Source: Lama guanicoe (taxonomy: Eukaryota). From it: 64,000 bases of DNA. The position numbers were made by a program, and so were the translations under genes. The notes under the pieces are model-generated. The model did no database searches. It saw only the letters and a program-made list of their open reading frames with translations, and had not been told where the DNA came from. How positions within the stretch are numbered: the stretch's first letter is position 1; the number at the start of each line of letters is the position of its first letter. The stretch is from contig MU054338.1 in assembly GCA_013239625.1 (NCBI GenBank), forward strand, positions 1 through 64,000, in the 5' to 3' direction. Below are positions 49,451 to 62,595 of the stretch, in pieces.

Positions 49451-50504
49451 CCCCATTCTTTGCACGCTGTCGTTGATATCAGTGTGGACGGAATGCCTGG
49501 GAGGTGGGAGGCGCCGGGCTCGGTGCTTGGTGTGAAAGCGTGGTGCTCCCCTCAGCATCTGCCAGCCGGGGAGGGAGCCTCTGGTGAAAGGTCTGTCCTG
49601 CTCTCTGATGAGTCACACGGTCCATGAGTCATGGGTCCCCACTCCTCGCGTTGACATACATCGTTCAGGTTGGGGGTCCAGGCCCTGGTGACCCAGAGTC
49701 CCCACTAATACAGGAAACAGCTGGTCATGCAGTCCATCGGTCAGTCCACCAGTGTCCCCTGCAGCCCTCAACTGGGTGCCAGGCAGACAGAGGTCCACTG
49801 AAGCAGGGAGATGCACCAGCAGACGCTACGTGCCCACGTGGGACTCGGTGTCATAACAAGTGGCAGGAACCAGGGGAAGAGGCTTAAGTCAACCCAAGGC
49901 AACCAGAGAAGACCCCTTGGAGGGAGCCTGGACAAGAATCATGAGATAGACGTGTAATGGAGGAGAGGTGGGGGTTCAGATGAAGAGAAGGATATGTTTT
50001 AGGTCAGAAAGCCTCTTCCCACAGACTGATTACTAGTTAGACTGGAGAAATGAGGCAACCTCTCAGCCAGATGATAAAGATAAACATCATGTGTGAGGGG
50101 CAGATAGAGGCCCTGGGAAGGACGCTACATCACTCAATCTGCCGAGGAACGCATAACCTGGGTCTTTATTTGAGGAGACATCTCACAAACCCCAAATAAG
50201 GAACATCCTATTAAATGGCAGGGGGCGCGGGGGAGAAGGACAGTGTTCTCCAGAAATGTTAGTGCCATAAAACACTGATCTGAGGAAATCTTCCAGACAT
50301 TACAACTAAAGGCAATGCCTGGTCCCAGGCTGGATCCTGTAGGGATCCTGTAGGAAGCTGTTAGACCAGTTGACAAAACTGAAGTCAGGTGGGGGAAGGA
50401 TAAACATAATGCATCAATGTTAAGTTTACTGAAATCAGTAGCTCTTCTGTGGTCATGTGAGAGAATATTCTTAGAAAATTCACGCTGAAGTATTGAGGGG
50501 TTAC

Positions 50505-50855
50505 TGTAGACTAAGTGGCTGTGTATCCAAAAAATTCCTGTGTTGAAACATAGTCCTCGGTGTGAAGGTATTTGCAAGTGGGGCCCTTGGGAGGTGATGA
50601 GGTCACGAAGGCAGAGCCCCCATGAATGGAATGGGTGCCTCTACAAGAGACCCCAGAGGGCTCCCCTGCCCCTCCTGCCCTGTGAGGGTCCAGTGAAAAG
50701 ACAGCCTCGTAACCAGGAAGCAGTTCCTCACCAGACCCCTGCTGCCACCTCGACTTTGGCCTCCAGCCTCCAGACTGTGAGAAACACATCTCTGTTGCTT
50801 ATAAGGCACCCAGTCCAGGGCCTTTCTGTCAGAGCAGCCCAAGTGGCTGTGACAG
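50505..50855 (+). mobile_element. MLT1A-like MaLR LTR inside an old L1 3' fragment
   Basis: GGTATTTGCAAGTGGGGCCCTTGGGAGGTGATGAGGTCA...CCTCCAGCCTCCAGACTGTGAGAAACACATCTCTGTTGCTTATAAG. Confidence 0.75.
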
Positions 50856-52729
50856 GGCTGAGGTGCCATGATATCTGCAGCTTGCTCTCAAGGACTTCAG
50901 AAGAACACCTTTTATGTCTGTGAAACACAGATGGGGAAGGGGCTTGGGGAGAGAAAGAAAGAAGGAAAATGGTAAGGTGAGTAGGGCCAAGTGTTAACAG
51001 CTGAATCTGGAAAAGGTATGCAGATTTTTTTTTTTTACTATACTTATTCTTGCAATTATTCTGAAAACCTGAATGATTTTCAAATAAAGAGTAAATAAAA
51101 TAAAACTAAAAAAATAAAAAGCAATGTCTTTGTATTCTCTCTCACTGTATGTATGTATACGTATGACTGAAACATTGTGCTCTACACCAGAAATTGACGC
51201 GACATTGTAAACTGACTATACTTCAATTTTTAAAAACGCAGCGTCTTCAGCCTAGAGGCTGGAGAGGGCATTCCCGGCAGTGGGAGCACGCGGTGTCCAG
51301 GGCCTCGACTGAGCACTGGGTCCACTTGCCTGTTCCTCCTGGGCCTGCTCTGCCCGGTTTGGGCAGTAAGTGGCCTCTGGGCTGGGCCTCGCACCCCTCC
51401 AGCTGAGCCTCAGGGCCCAGCAGAGGGGGAGCTGGCCAAGGTGAGGGAGGAGGCATTCACCTGCAGCTCAGGGGCAGCCGTGGGGGCTGAGTTCACCCAT
51501 TTGTCTTTTTCTTGCAAGTTTTCCCCCAGAAAAATAGTTCTGACAAGATCCTGGAGGAACCATTTCCAGAACACACCACCCTGAGCTGAGAGGGCCAGGG
51601 GTGGGCTACAGCAGGAGCCGTGTGCACCATCCACCCCCGCCCCAACCCCGAATACGAGGAGTTGCTTCCTGGTGGCTGGTGGCTCCTGGCGGCGTCTCCT
51701 AGGTCTGGCCTTTGAGGAGTGTCACCTCCATCACAGGGGCCGCCCACATCCAGGGACTGGTGGGGGCCCAGCACCTGTGACCAACGGGGGATAGCTGTGA
51801 CGTTCCAGCGCTCCCCTAGGACCTGCTGCCACTGTGTCCCCTCAGCCCGCTTTCCCTCCACGCAGCCTTGTGTCCTGCACCCCCGGGCGGGTGGCGACCC
51901 CCAGGGCCAGCACCACGCATTTTCGTCTGTATCTCGGTCTCAGAATCTGCTTCCTGGGGACCTCACCTCTGACACGAAACAGGAATCGTACTTTGAAAAT
52001 GTAAAAAACAAACAGACACAGTAACACACGTTGAAAGCGTAGCATAAATACGGTGAAGAGCTAAGAGCAGGTACGCGCGCTGTCAGGAGCTGGGAGTAGG
52101 CCAAACTCAGAATGACCCCCAGATGCATCGCAGGGTTGGGAGCCAGTGAGTCACATTGGGTCCCAGTTTACCAGTGTTCCAGAAACATTCCCCGTAGGGA
52201 CAGAGAGCAGACACTGGAGGCCAGGCCAGGCTGGGAGAGCAGCCCCAGGGGGCTTTGGCGGAGATGAACTTGTATGTCTTGATCACAGTGGTGGCTCCGC
52301 CACTGGGTGCCTGTGTCCTGCTCATAAACTGGTGAGACTTGCTGTCTGTCTGTCCCAGCTCAACAAAGCTGACCACAAGCCACATCTGCAACATGTAGTA
52401 CACACGCTTCTCTATCAGCGCATCAGATCACAAGATGGGGATTTACGTGTAGGCCAAAGTCAAATAGTGTTTCTCAGAGAGATGTCTGCGTGAAGCTTGT
52501 TTTTTCTCATCTTGAATAAGAACGTGAAAATGTGCAGAGGTCTTGGACCAGAGAACCAGCACGTCATTCTGGACCCTTGGTTGGTTTATGGTTTTTGTTT
52601 TTTGTGTTTTGCAGGGCCCCAAAGGGAGAACACCCCCTTTATTTGTGGAGGGTCACTGCTCACCAGCCACACTGTCACCAAGGTGTGTACACTCCGACTT
52701 GTTGACACTGAACTTCTGTGGTTTCTAAC

Positions 52730-53075
52730 ATGTATCAGTCTCCGCTTGCTGCTGTGACAAACCACCACAGATCCAGTAGCTACAACAAACACGCTTTCGT
52801 TATCTGGGGCTCAGACACCACGGTGTCAGCAGGCCGTGCTCCCCCTGGAGGCCCTGAGAGGGGCCGTGCTTCCTCTGAGGGCTGCGATCCTCCACGTGTG
52901 GCTTTGGTGTCACAGTTTCCTCTACCTCCCTCTTGCGACATGTGATCATATTGGTCCCACCCGGGGGATCCAGGGTAACCTCCTTCTCTCAAAACCTTTC
53001 ATCCCACCTGCAGGGTCCCTTTTGCCATCTAAAGTGACATGTTCACAGATTTCAGGGATTGGGGCCCAAACATCT
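52730..53075 (-). mobile_element. MLT1-like MaLR LTR
   Basis: TGTATCAGTC..TGCTGCTGTGACAAACCACCACAGA...GTGACATGTTCACAGATTTCAGGGATTGGG, the reverse-orientation MLT1 pattern. Confidence 0.7.
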
Positions 53076-53679
53076 TTGGTGTCCACTCGGCCAGAATCAG
53101 GACACCGTTTCCAGGGCGGGAACTCCTGTCCAGTAAACAGGGTGTGAGCCCTGGTCCACACGCCCCTTGTCTCATCACAGCCGCCCCTGCCGAGGCTATC
53201 CAGCTGCCGTGGTCCCCACTCCCTGTGACGAGGAGAGAGCCAGCAGTCTTATCATCACTGGACAGGTGTGCGGCCACCATCTCCCTCCAGTAGCAGAAAC
53301 ATTCACTCAGCAGTGGCCACCGGCTTCAAGTCAGTTTGTGTCACTGTATCAGTCGGGAGGGGGAGGGGGGCTTCTTTTTAACCTTTTTCTTCTGAACCTC
53401 TGTCCAGGTTTGCGTCTATAAATACTTCAAAAATGTCCTTTAAATCATTGAGTGAATTAATGTCCCCAAAGTCTGGTACTAATTGTGGATCCTCAGACTC
53501 ATGGCTCAGGACCTGCCCTGTGGCAGATGCTGAGAGAATAGTTGTTGAGGGGCTGGCCTACGTCAGTCCACACATCAGTCTCTCAGGACCCAGCAACCGG
53601 TCCCCAAGAGGCCCAGCCAGAACCAGAGATACACGAGACTTTGTCTAGGATTCCAGAGACATAAGCAATCTCTCTCCCA

Positions 53680-54140
53680 CTGTGCTCAGCTGAATAACAG
53701 CCCCCAGAGACACCCCTGTCCTGATCCCAGGACCTGAGGACGCTTCACCTCACAGGACAGAGGGGACCCTGAAGGTGGGATTGAGTTAAGGCCCCTTGGA
53801 TGGGGGTGATCCTGGATTCCCAGGGGGCCCTGTGTCCACATAGGGTCCTCATTAGAGGGAGGCGGGAGGGTCAGAGTCAGAGAGAGACGGGGGATGCTGC
53901 GCTGCTGGTGGTGAGGATGCACGGAGGGACCGCGAGCCAGGGATGCGGCGCCTCTGGAAGCTGGAAGAGGCAGGAGCCACTTCTCCCTGGAGCCTCCGGA
54001 GGGACCAGCCCCGCCCACGCCTGGGTTTTGCGCCATGAGGCCCGAGTCAGACGCCTGACCTCCAGGACTGTCAGAGAGCAGATCTGTGTTGTTTTAAGCC
54101 ACCTGTTTGTGGTGACTTGTTCCAGCTGCCCCAGGAAACT
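53680..54140 (+). mobile_element. MLT1C/D-like MaLR LTR
   Basis: GCTGAATAACAGCCCCCAGAGA...TCTCCCTGGAGCCTCCGGAGGGACCAGCCC...GTTTTAAGCCACC..AGGAAACT. Confidence 0.75.
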
Positions 54141-54607
54141 CACGTGGCGACTGCGGGTCTGTCACAAACTATCTGACCCTCAGTCACAACCTCAGCAAAA
54201 CGAGGACACTCCTAGTCCCCCTCACCAGGTTGCTGCGAGGATCAATCGGTAAACCATCCACTGGTTTGTTATGGAGGTCACCCTGTGTCCGCGGGGCTCG
54301 TGGACACCCAGGATGTGGCTGGAGCAGGAGAATTCGAGGGGGAACTGTGAAGTGAGGGGTGGAGTCGCCGTCAGAGCAGCTGGCGATGGCAGGGGATGGA
54401 AATCTGGGGAAAAAAAGGGCTGCACGAGCTGCAGGTTGAATGCGAATGTAAGTATTATTATTACCATCAGCATCACCTCCTCCTCTGGCCTCTTCCACTG
54501 CCCTCCTGCCTCCAGACCCAAGCGCTCAGACCCACACACGAGGTTAGGATGCGCTCGGGTGTTCACCGGTCATGGCATGGGCTCGGGGGCCAGGCCGGCT
54601 CTCAGTC

Positions 54608-57600
54608 TCAGACTCTTCTGGTGACGCCCTTGGGGGTGGCGAGCTCGTGCAGGCGTGGGGACGCCCGGGCCACCAGGGAGGCGGGGGAGATGCGGCAGGG
54701 GTCATAGCCCTCGTTCAGGCACTTCCGCACCTTGGGCTTGGCCAGCAAGATGACCCGGGGACTGGCCACTGCCTTCTTGGTGATCTCCAGCACCTCCCAG
54801 CGTGGATCTCGGTCAGGAACACACTTGTCTGACTGGGCCTTGGGCACTGGAAGGGCGGGAGAGAAGGACAGGTCAGGCCCGGAGCCCTGCGTGTGGGGCC
54901 CGCCCCTGCAGAGGTCAGCCTTCTGGGTTAGAGCTCCCAAGTTCAATGGCCTGTCCAACAACAGCTGAGCAGATACACACACGCGTCTCTCCACACACAG
55001 GAACATCACTCAGCCGTGAAAAGGAGAGGAGCGCTGACACTTGCCACCACATGGATGGACCCTGAGAACATGATGCTCAGGGACAGAAGCAGACACAGGA
55101 GGACACATAGTGTGTGACTCCATGGACGTGAGACGTCCGGAACAGGCCAGTCCTCAGAGACAGGAGAGGGGATTCCTGGTTGTCAGGGGCTGAGTAGGGG
55201 GTGGGGTGGCTGCTCATGGGGACAGTAAGTGGAATGTTCTAGAATTAGAGGTGATGAGTGCACAGCTCAGTGAATATACTGAAAGATATTGAATTGGGCA
55301 CTTTAAAAGGGTGAATTGCAAAAAAAAAAAAAATGAAATGGTCACAGGTCCCAGACAGAGAGACTCACAGGGGAGAGATGGAGGTGCCAGGGGCCAGGGG
55401 TGAGGAGGGGTTCAGTCAGCCCTTTCTCTCACTCCTTCCTCCGATGTCTCGGTGGGGAGGGGAGTGTGGGAGGCCTCCTCTCTTCCTGGCTGGTGCTGCT
55501 CTCCCGGTGGGGGGTTCCTGCCGGGCACTGGCCACAGGGGTGCACGACAGGCATGCAGGGCCCCAGACGGCTGCGTGTGTCTGGGGGTCTCTGTGCACCT
55601 CACGTGTACCCCAGAGGGAGACACAGCAAGCTGCCTTCAGTGGTGGGATCCCTTTCTTCTCCACAGTGCTCTGCCTCCTCCAAAGTCTCTGCGGTCAGGG
55701 CACGCTACTTTTGTTGGGGGGAACGAGGTACTGCCTTTGTTTTACGGGACGGGAAGAGAGTCAGGCCAACGCCACACCAGCCACCCATGGGCCTCAGCTC
55801 AGCCCTCCAGGCCCCGGCCCCGCACCGCGACTTCCTCTTATGCAGCCACTTGTGGTGCCAGGAGACCCTCTGCCCAGGCCCACATCCCCGACCCCGGGGG
55901 ACTGGTCCCCAGCTCCATGGGGCCCTGTGGGCCGCAGTCTGAATTATCCACAGGGGTCTGGACCGCGGCTCTGCAGTTCAAGGGGAAGATGAGGGAAGCA
56001 CGAATCTGGCAGAAGCAGGTGCAAGTCCACTGACTGTCCGTCTGTGTCTGGCGGGGAAGGACCCCCCAACAAGGCACCAAGCCCCAGGGACATGCTTACT
56101 GGCCAAGTGCAGGAGACGGTTGTAGTCGGACACGTGTGGCTTGGGTTTCGGCATGGGGTCCCACTCTTCCAGCAGGGTGGCTGGAGCCCTGGGCTTGGCC
56201 AAGAGGAGGATCCTGGGACTGGGCACGGCCATCCGGGCTGCCCTGGACACCTGGGACACCTGGAAACAGAGTTATTCGTGACTCTCCCTTATGCCCCAGA
56301 CCAAAACAACCCCATGGCAATACTGAAAGACCAAAGACGGACTAGGAGGAGGGTAGTTTGCGGCGTGTTCAGCAAAGGATTAGCAGCCATCACAAATAAA
56401 GAGCTCCTCTAAATCAATAACACAAAAGAACGACGGGAACCTGAGCCAGTCAGGTAGGCAAGCAGGCCCAAGGGATGAGCAAGCCTCTCTGTGGACCAGG
56501 GAAATGTCATTAAAACAGCAAAGCATCGCTCCACGCCAGCAAACTTGGCAAAAGTGAAAACGTCTGACCTTATCAAGCCCTGGCAAGCACACAGAGGGTG
56601 GGGAGGGGAGGCTCCAGCACTCGGGAGAGCAGCCGTCCATCCCCAGTAGAGGGGGACATGCCCCCTCGACACCACTGACACCAGGGCGGGAGGGTAAGTG
56701 CGGGGACACCCCCGTGGCTGGCAACCCGGGCACCTGGAAACAACCTCGGTGCCTACCAGTCGGGAATGGGTTGGTTATCGGGTATACTCCTGTGCCCGGA
56801 CGCAACGCAGCGGTAAAAACACAGCTTCTATATAAACGAGCCCACAGTGCTCTAGAGAGCAGACATTGAGGGGAAAGCAAGGAAGAAGAGAGTCCATAAT
56901 GCGTATATTAAACACACAACACACTGTGATTATAGTTTATGGGTCTATTTGCATAATAAAGTACAAAATGATGGAAATGAGGCAGAGCCGGCCAAAGTGC
57001 AGGACGGCAGACGGTTTACCGAGAAACCCACAGAGGCAGCTCAGTGTCTCCCAGGGAATCCACACGTGACAAGTGCCTTTGAAACCGGCTGTCACGCGGT
57101 GCCGTCAGCTGGCGGCAAACTGGTTAATCGTTGTCCCACTCTCGCCACCCCCCCACCACCTAAAAAAAGTGCAAACCAGATCCGCTCCTCCCAGGCTGCC
57201 CCCTCCCCGCCAGCCGGCTCCTTTACACGTGTAATCGTTCTTCAAGAATGGACAAAACCTGAGTGTGTCTGCCCAGTGGAGGTGGGGGCCGTCCTGACGC
57301 CTCTGGAGGGGGAGGGCGCAGGGGGAGCGGGGAATGTTTTACTCCTAAAGGGAGGAGGTCAGAATAAACCTGCCCAAACCCTCGGGCATGTCATGTGTTC
57401 CAAAAGCTTTCTGCTAGGTGCGCTTTGGGTAGGAGACTGCCTGGAGGCAGAGGACTGGCTGAAACGATCCCCAAGGTTCACTGAGACTTGAGTCCCTGTC
57501 TCCTGACATTGTCCTGCTTGGAACCCACAGACACTGCTCTCACTAGACATCTTGGTGTTTACAGTCTCGTGTCCCTCCTTCTGTCCTTCCCTCCATCCTT

Positions 57601-60600
57601 CTTTCCCCTCCCCTCCCCTTCTCCTCTCTCCTCCCCCCACCCCTGCCCGTGGCCCCCGCAGCTGTCACCAGCTGAGGCGGAGGTGAGTCCGACTGCAGTC
57701 CTGCCTTCGAGGAGCCCCAGCCTGGAGGGCAGACCACAGGCAGGTAAACACTGGTTTATTCAGGCACTGGAATAATATTGAGGACCATTCCAATGCCTGC
57801 CCAGGACAAGGCAAGGTCTGGACACCAGGATAGACAAGCCCCTTTGTGCAGTGCAAGAATCGACAGTCCAGTCCAAGCCTGTGTGAGAAGCGCTGGGGAG
57901 GGAAATTCTGGTGTAGGAGTCTGGAGGTGGGGCTCCCCTAGGCTGGGCGGAACAGGAGCAGAGCCAGAGTCTAGGTAGGGGGACGACACGTGCAAAGGCC
58001 GGGGGCCTTGCAGAGGAAACAGCATTTAGTCCAACAGAGGGGGCACATGCGGGCGGAGTGGTGGAGAAGACCCCGTCCTGCTGACGTTCCCGGGGAGCGT
58101 ACTGGTGAGCCACGGAGGGCGCTGGGCACAGAGGGTTTGACGGCTGAACCGGCAAAGGAGAGGCAGGGGCCAGGGCAACAGCAGGTGCATCACCAGGCAA
58201 GAGGTGGGCAGGTCAGAAGGCCAGTGCCCCCTCCCCCTGGATCCTGATGCAACCAAACAAAACCGACTCTAAAAGCCATTTTTGAGACAGCTGGGGAGAC
58301 AGCACGTGGACAGGGTATGCTGACACTAAGGTAAGGTTGTTCTGTCTTTCAGTGTAACTATTATTGTTATGGTTGTTTTCAAAGTGTCCTCGTCTGTCAG
58401 CAATCCACAGGGAAGCATTGATAAGGAAGTGGTGAGGTGCCTGGGTTTACTTTTAAAAGGTTTGAAGTAGGGTCTGTCAAATAAACGCGTGAAAACACCC
58501 GTCCGCACACGATTCAACGCGCGTGGAGCCACCGTGCCACCCGCGGCACGTCTGTCAGCCAGCCAGCTGGGAGGCAACAAGCAGAGCGACCACAAAGGCA
58601 CAGACGGTGCTGGACAGAGCGGCCGCCGTGGACGCAGCTGGCCAGTTTCTGACGTCAGACAGGCCTCCGGACCCAGCAAGCCCACTTCCGGGTGTTCGCC
58701 CCGGACGCACAGAAACCATCCCCACAGAGACCCGAACTCAGCGGTTCACGCAGCTGTGTGTGCAGGAGCCTAAGCCCACAAACAGCCACACGTCCCTCAG
58801 CGGGTGAGCCATGCCCACACCGTGGCCCCTTCCCAGGACAGCATGTCTCGTCGGGAGTGGCCGGAGGGAGCCTCCAGGGCCGAGTCAGGCCCCAGCTGGG
58901 GAGGAGAGGTAAGGGCTGGATTCAGAACACGCTGAGCTTTCTGGTAACCTGAGACCGGAGGAAGGCTCTGGGCTCCTCTCTGAGCTGAGGGGCAGGGAGG
59001 GTGGTCCTGGAGCAGGCTTCCAGGCAGGGCAGGAAAGTAAAGCTTTCTCTGGAACAAATCCTGGAGGATTCACAGGAAGGCAGTGATGCATCTACTGCTC
59101 TGCAGTCTGTTACCTCCTGTCCTCCTAGGCCCCTGACCCCAGCCTGGGGCCGGGGTTGTGGGGGGCCTGCGGGGAGCAGGGCCAATCCAGGAGAGACAGG
59201 CACCTACCTCGGACATGCTGGTGTTCCAGATGCTGCTCCGCATCTTCGGCCTGGCCAGTTCCCTCAGGCGACTGGACGCTTGGTATCCCAAGGTGGACCG
59301 GGGAATGGGCCAGACGGAGGTGGTCCTGAGGGACAGCCACATTGGAGGCCCAGGGGGACATGTGTGTGCTTCTATGTGTGGGTGACACCCCCTCTCAGCT
59401 GATCTCTGATTCTGGGGATCAGGGGAGCCTGGGACCATGGAGAGTTTTGAAAATACCTCCAAGGAGGATTCATAAAAGAGCCCCCAGTTGTCCTCAGGGT
59501 CAGAGTGACGCTCTCAGGAGATCCTGTGCCGCCTGCCCTTCCCAGGCCTCCCCTATACCCCCCAACCAGGGCAAGCCGGGAACTGGATGCCATGGGTAGA
59601 GAGTGTGCTTCCGAGTGCCCGCAGGAAGCCAGGAAAGAGCTTCCCTACACTGCAGGGCCCGCGCCTCCTAAAATCAGATCTCAGCTCTGCTTCTGCTCCA
59701 GAAACAGCCACGTCTGAGGCAGGCTCTCATTTTCACATCCCTCAGGCTGGACCACAGGGACACGGCCGCCAGAGGCCCAGGCCGTCCTTGCCTGGATGTG
59801 CTGGGATGCGGGCATCACACGGGTCAGCCCAGCCGAGCTCCACACACCTGGTTCTGCAGGTGCTACGTCACACGCGGAGTAAATTACCTCCAAGTCAGAC
59901 ATCGATCGCTCGTGATCGGCATTAAGGTGAGAGGTTACTGGCACGTGGAAAACGTGGGTGGGGCTGAGCGGAAAGCGACTCAGCACATTTGCACTGGATT
60001 CAGCCAGTTCATCTCAGGTGCCCTCCTTTCTATACCAGCACCAGATAAGACACTGGAGCCTGTGTCCTGTCCCTCCAGACCACACTCCAGCCAGCACAGA
60101 AGGCACGGTGCCCCGAGGCATCTCACAACCACCAGCCTCTGGAGCCCCCGGGACCCACGCGGCTCACCCTGGGCAAGCGCCTCTGCGTCTCCAGCATCTC
60201 CAGCGGGAGCGGAGCCCCGAGGCTCAGTGCCCGAGGCCCTGGAGGGGGCGGCCCCCGACCCTGGCCCTGCCCCCGCCCTCGCCCCGCCCACCCCAGAGTC
60301 GCGGGGGCCCCACCTGTTGTTGCTGTAGCACTCCGAGTAGAACCTCTTGGGTCGAGCCAGCTCCTCCACCCGGCGGGACACCTCTGCGCGAAAAGGGCAA
60401 CAGCCCGAATCAAACCCGCCCCCTACACCAGACACCCTGCCTGGGAACCGCGGGTCCCGGGCTAGGAGCGGCAGGGCCGGACGGGGGCGCGGCAGGCCCA
60501 CCAGCGGGAAAGCAGACTTTGGCCAGAAGTCGGGACAGGCCTCCTGTCGGGGCTTCTGAACCCTGAGGGAGAACACACCCTGAGCTTCTCTCCGGAAATG

Positions 60601-61760
60601 AGCTTTCCTGAAACGTTTAATTTAAAGGGACCTGCTGCGCTCAGTGTAGAAGCTACTGTGGAAAGAAGGGAAGGGTCCTCTGCGAAGTTGACACTGACCC
60701 CACCTTGGCTGCCACGTCCCCTGGACAGTGGGCCCCACAGCCCTCCCCCAGGCCAGCCTCCTGATGGGGGACAGACTCTGGAGAGGACCCCTGGAAGACT
60801 GAGTGGGGGTACTCCTGGGAGACGGGGAATGAGCAGCCCCAGGGGACTCCTGGCAGGGTTCGGGCGGGGGCAGGGGGGCACGGGTCAGGGTGAGATGGGC
60901 CGCCCTGGGAGGAGGGAGGCAGGTGGGCTCCACCCACCCGGCACTGTGATGGTGAGGGTGGTGTCTTCGAGAAATCTCTCCGTCCAGTACACGGATGGCC
61001 TGGAACACACCCAGCGAGGCTCAGGGTGAGGGAGGCAGGGCCCAGACATCCTGCGCCCGGCTCAGAAACAGGACTCAGGGCGCCCTGTGAACTCAACCTC
61101 GAGGAGAACAGCTGGATAGGGAGGGAGGGAGGAGACAGAGTGGGGGGTTGCAGAAGGGGCAGTCAGAGAGGGGCAGGGGAGAAAGTCTTAGAGCTGTGGG
61201 GAGTGAAGATTATTTTGAGCGAAGCAGGTGTTCAGAGGAGGAAGGAGTTGGGGAAAAAAAGAAGTGTAACTGAGAAAGGGGCCCAGCGGTCATCTGGGGA
61301 GCCAACCCACCTCAGGCTGGGGCCAGGAGTCCTGGGTGGGGGCCCCCAGCCAAGAGCCCTGCCTTGGACCCATCCCAGGAGAGTAGAGGGACTCGAGAGA
61401 TGGGCCCCTGGACGTGGAGGGCATGCGGGGGGCCTGGACTCACCAGTAGACACAGAACTGCAGGCTCCTCATGCGGGGGGTGATCCACGCATAGCCCCTG
61501 CAGCAGCACCCCATCCTGCGGGAGACAGGGCCCCGCCCACCCTGGCGCTGGGCTCCTGACTTCTCACCTCCCTCAGAACCCACCTGGCATGTGGGGACAG
61601 AGGGGGCCTGGGGCCAGGGCTCCCCCCCCCCACGGACCCTCACCTGTCCTTCAGGACGTGCCAGTTGGTCTTGGGCTTGGCCAGCTCGAAGAGCCGCCTC
61701 CTCTTCCTCCTCTCCCGGCCCGCTGAGGTGCTGGGGAGCCTCTGGGAGATGGACAGCCGG
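54608..61760 (-). CDS. THEG: Testicular haploid expressed gene protein / sperm microtubule-associated protein 2, exons 2-8 (5'-partial; exon 1 not in window)
   Basis: GT-AG exons in consistent phase: 61644-61760 (RLSISQRLP..RRRLFELAKPKTNW), 61444-61515 (GYAWITP), 60938-60999 (PSVYWTERFLEDTTLTITVP), 60314-60383 (VSRRVEELARPKRFY), 59208-59325, 56100-56259 (LLEEWDPMPKPKPHVSDYNRLLHLA), 54608-54846 (PKAQSDKCVPDRDPRWEV..RRV*). THEG repeats (R..LA.PK) throughout; gene order PLPP2-MIER2-THEG matches human 19p13.3. Current symbol SPMAP2. Confidence 0.96.
54930..55335 (+). mobile_element. L1MB-like 3' end with poly-A tail (THEG last intron)
   Basis: CACATGGATGGACCCTGAGAACATGATGCTCAG...CACTTTAAAAGGGTGAATTGC followed by an A-run. 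Confidence 0.8.
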
Positions 61761-61955
61761 CTTCGGGAGAGTCGGGGGTGAGGTCAGAGGTGCCCCCCTC
61801 TGCAGCCCAGACCCATCCTTCTGCTCTCCCCCACCCCCCACCCCATGGGTCTCCTGGCCTCCTAAAAAGGCCTCTCTGGAGGAGAATTCTGGCATCACAA
61901 CGACCTGGACCAAGACCCTAGTTTCTCCACCAGTGCGCCCCTCAGTTCCCTCCTC

Positions 61956-62573
61956 TGTGAACCGAGCAGAGACTCATTCCCGCCTCTCAGGGTCAGAAGA
62001 CAAATGGCCGCGAGAGCCCAAAGGGGCACTAGGTCACAGAGCGTCCCCTACTGAGGCGGGAAGCCCCATAGAAAGACGAGCAGGACTCCCAAGCAGAGCC
62101 ACTACCCTCCTGCCAGCACCATCCGGTTCCCTGGCCCAGAGGCTCTATTTTCACTTTTTGACTCTGGAATGGCTTACTTACCCCTAAAATTCTATTGGTC
62201 CTCTGAACTCACTTCTGATTGGTTATTTCTCTCACTTCTGATTGGTCCACTTCCCTCACTCCTGACTGGTTATTTCTCTCCCTCCTGATTGGTCCATTTC
62301 TACAAAGCTTGTTCTTAATTAGTCAACATTCCTTATACCTCATTTGCATATGATGTTGCAAAGTGTAAACTGGCAGCCTATAAAAGCCAGTGTAAACCTA
62401 CAGACAGGGTTCAAAGCTTGGATTTTAACTCCTCTGGGCCTGCTGGTGTAATAATTCTGAGTTCTCCAACTTTCTTAGTGCTGCTTGGTCTCACACCCGG
62501 ATCCAGGTTGCTGTCACAACTGAGTTGTAATACCGAGCTGTAATGCTAAGCTGTAACATATTTTCCCACGACA
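61956..62573 (+). mobile_element. 5' LTR of a gammaretrovirus-like ERV, with tandem CCAAT (ATTGG) enhancer repeats
   Basis: About five 22-25-bp units (CTCACTTCTGATTGGT..) at 62190-62300, octamer ATTTGCAT (62342-62349), TATAAAA (62379-62385), and an end at ..ACGACA just before a PBS. 5' boundary approximate. Confidence 0.85.
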
Positions 62574-62577
62574 TTTC

Positions 62578-62595
62578 TGGAGGCCCCAGCTAGAT
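62578..62595 (+). other. Retroviral primer-binding site complementary to tRNA-Thr
   Basis: TGGAGGCCCCAGCTAGAT, 4 nt after the LTR end. One mismatch to the recalled complement of the tRNA-Thr(UGU) 3' end (TGGAGGCCCCAGCGAGAT). Confidence 0.75.

Noticed and set aside
51975..53640. Possible small gene between MIER2 and THEG (ORFs of 98-115 aa)
   Set aside because: No splice-consistent structure or known domain. The sequence resembles decayed DNA-transposon and LTR remnants interrupted by MLT1.
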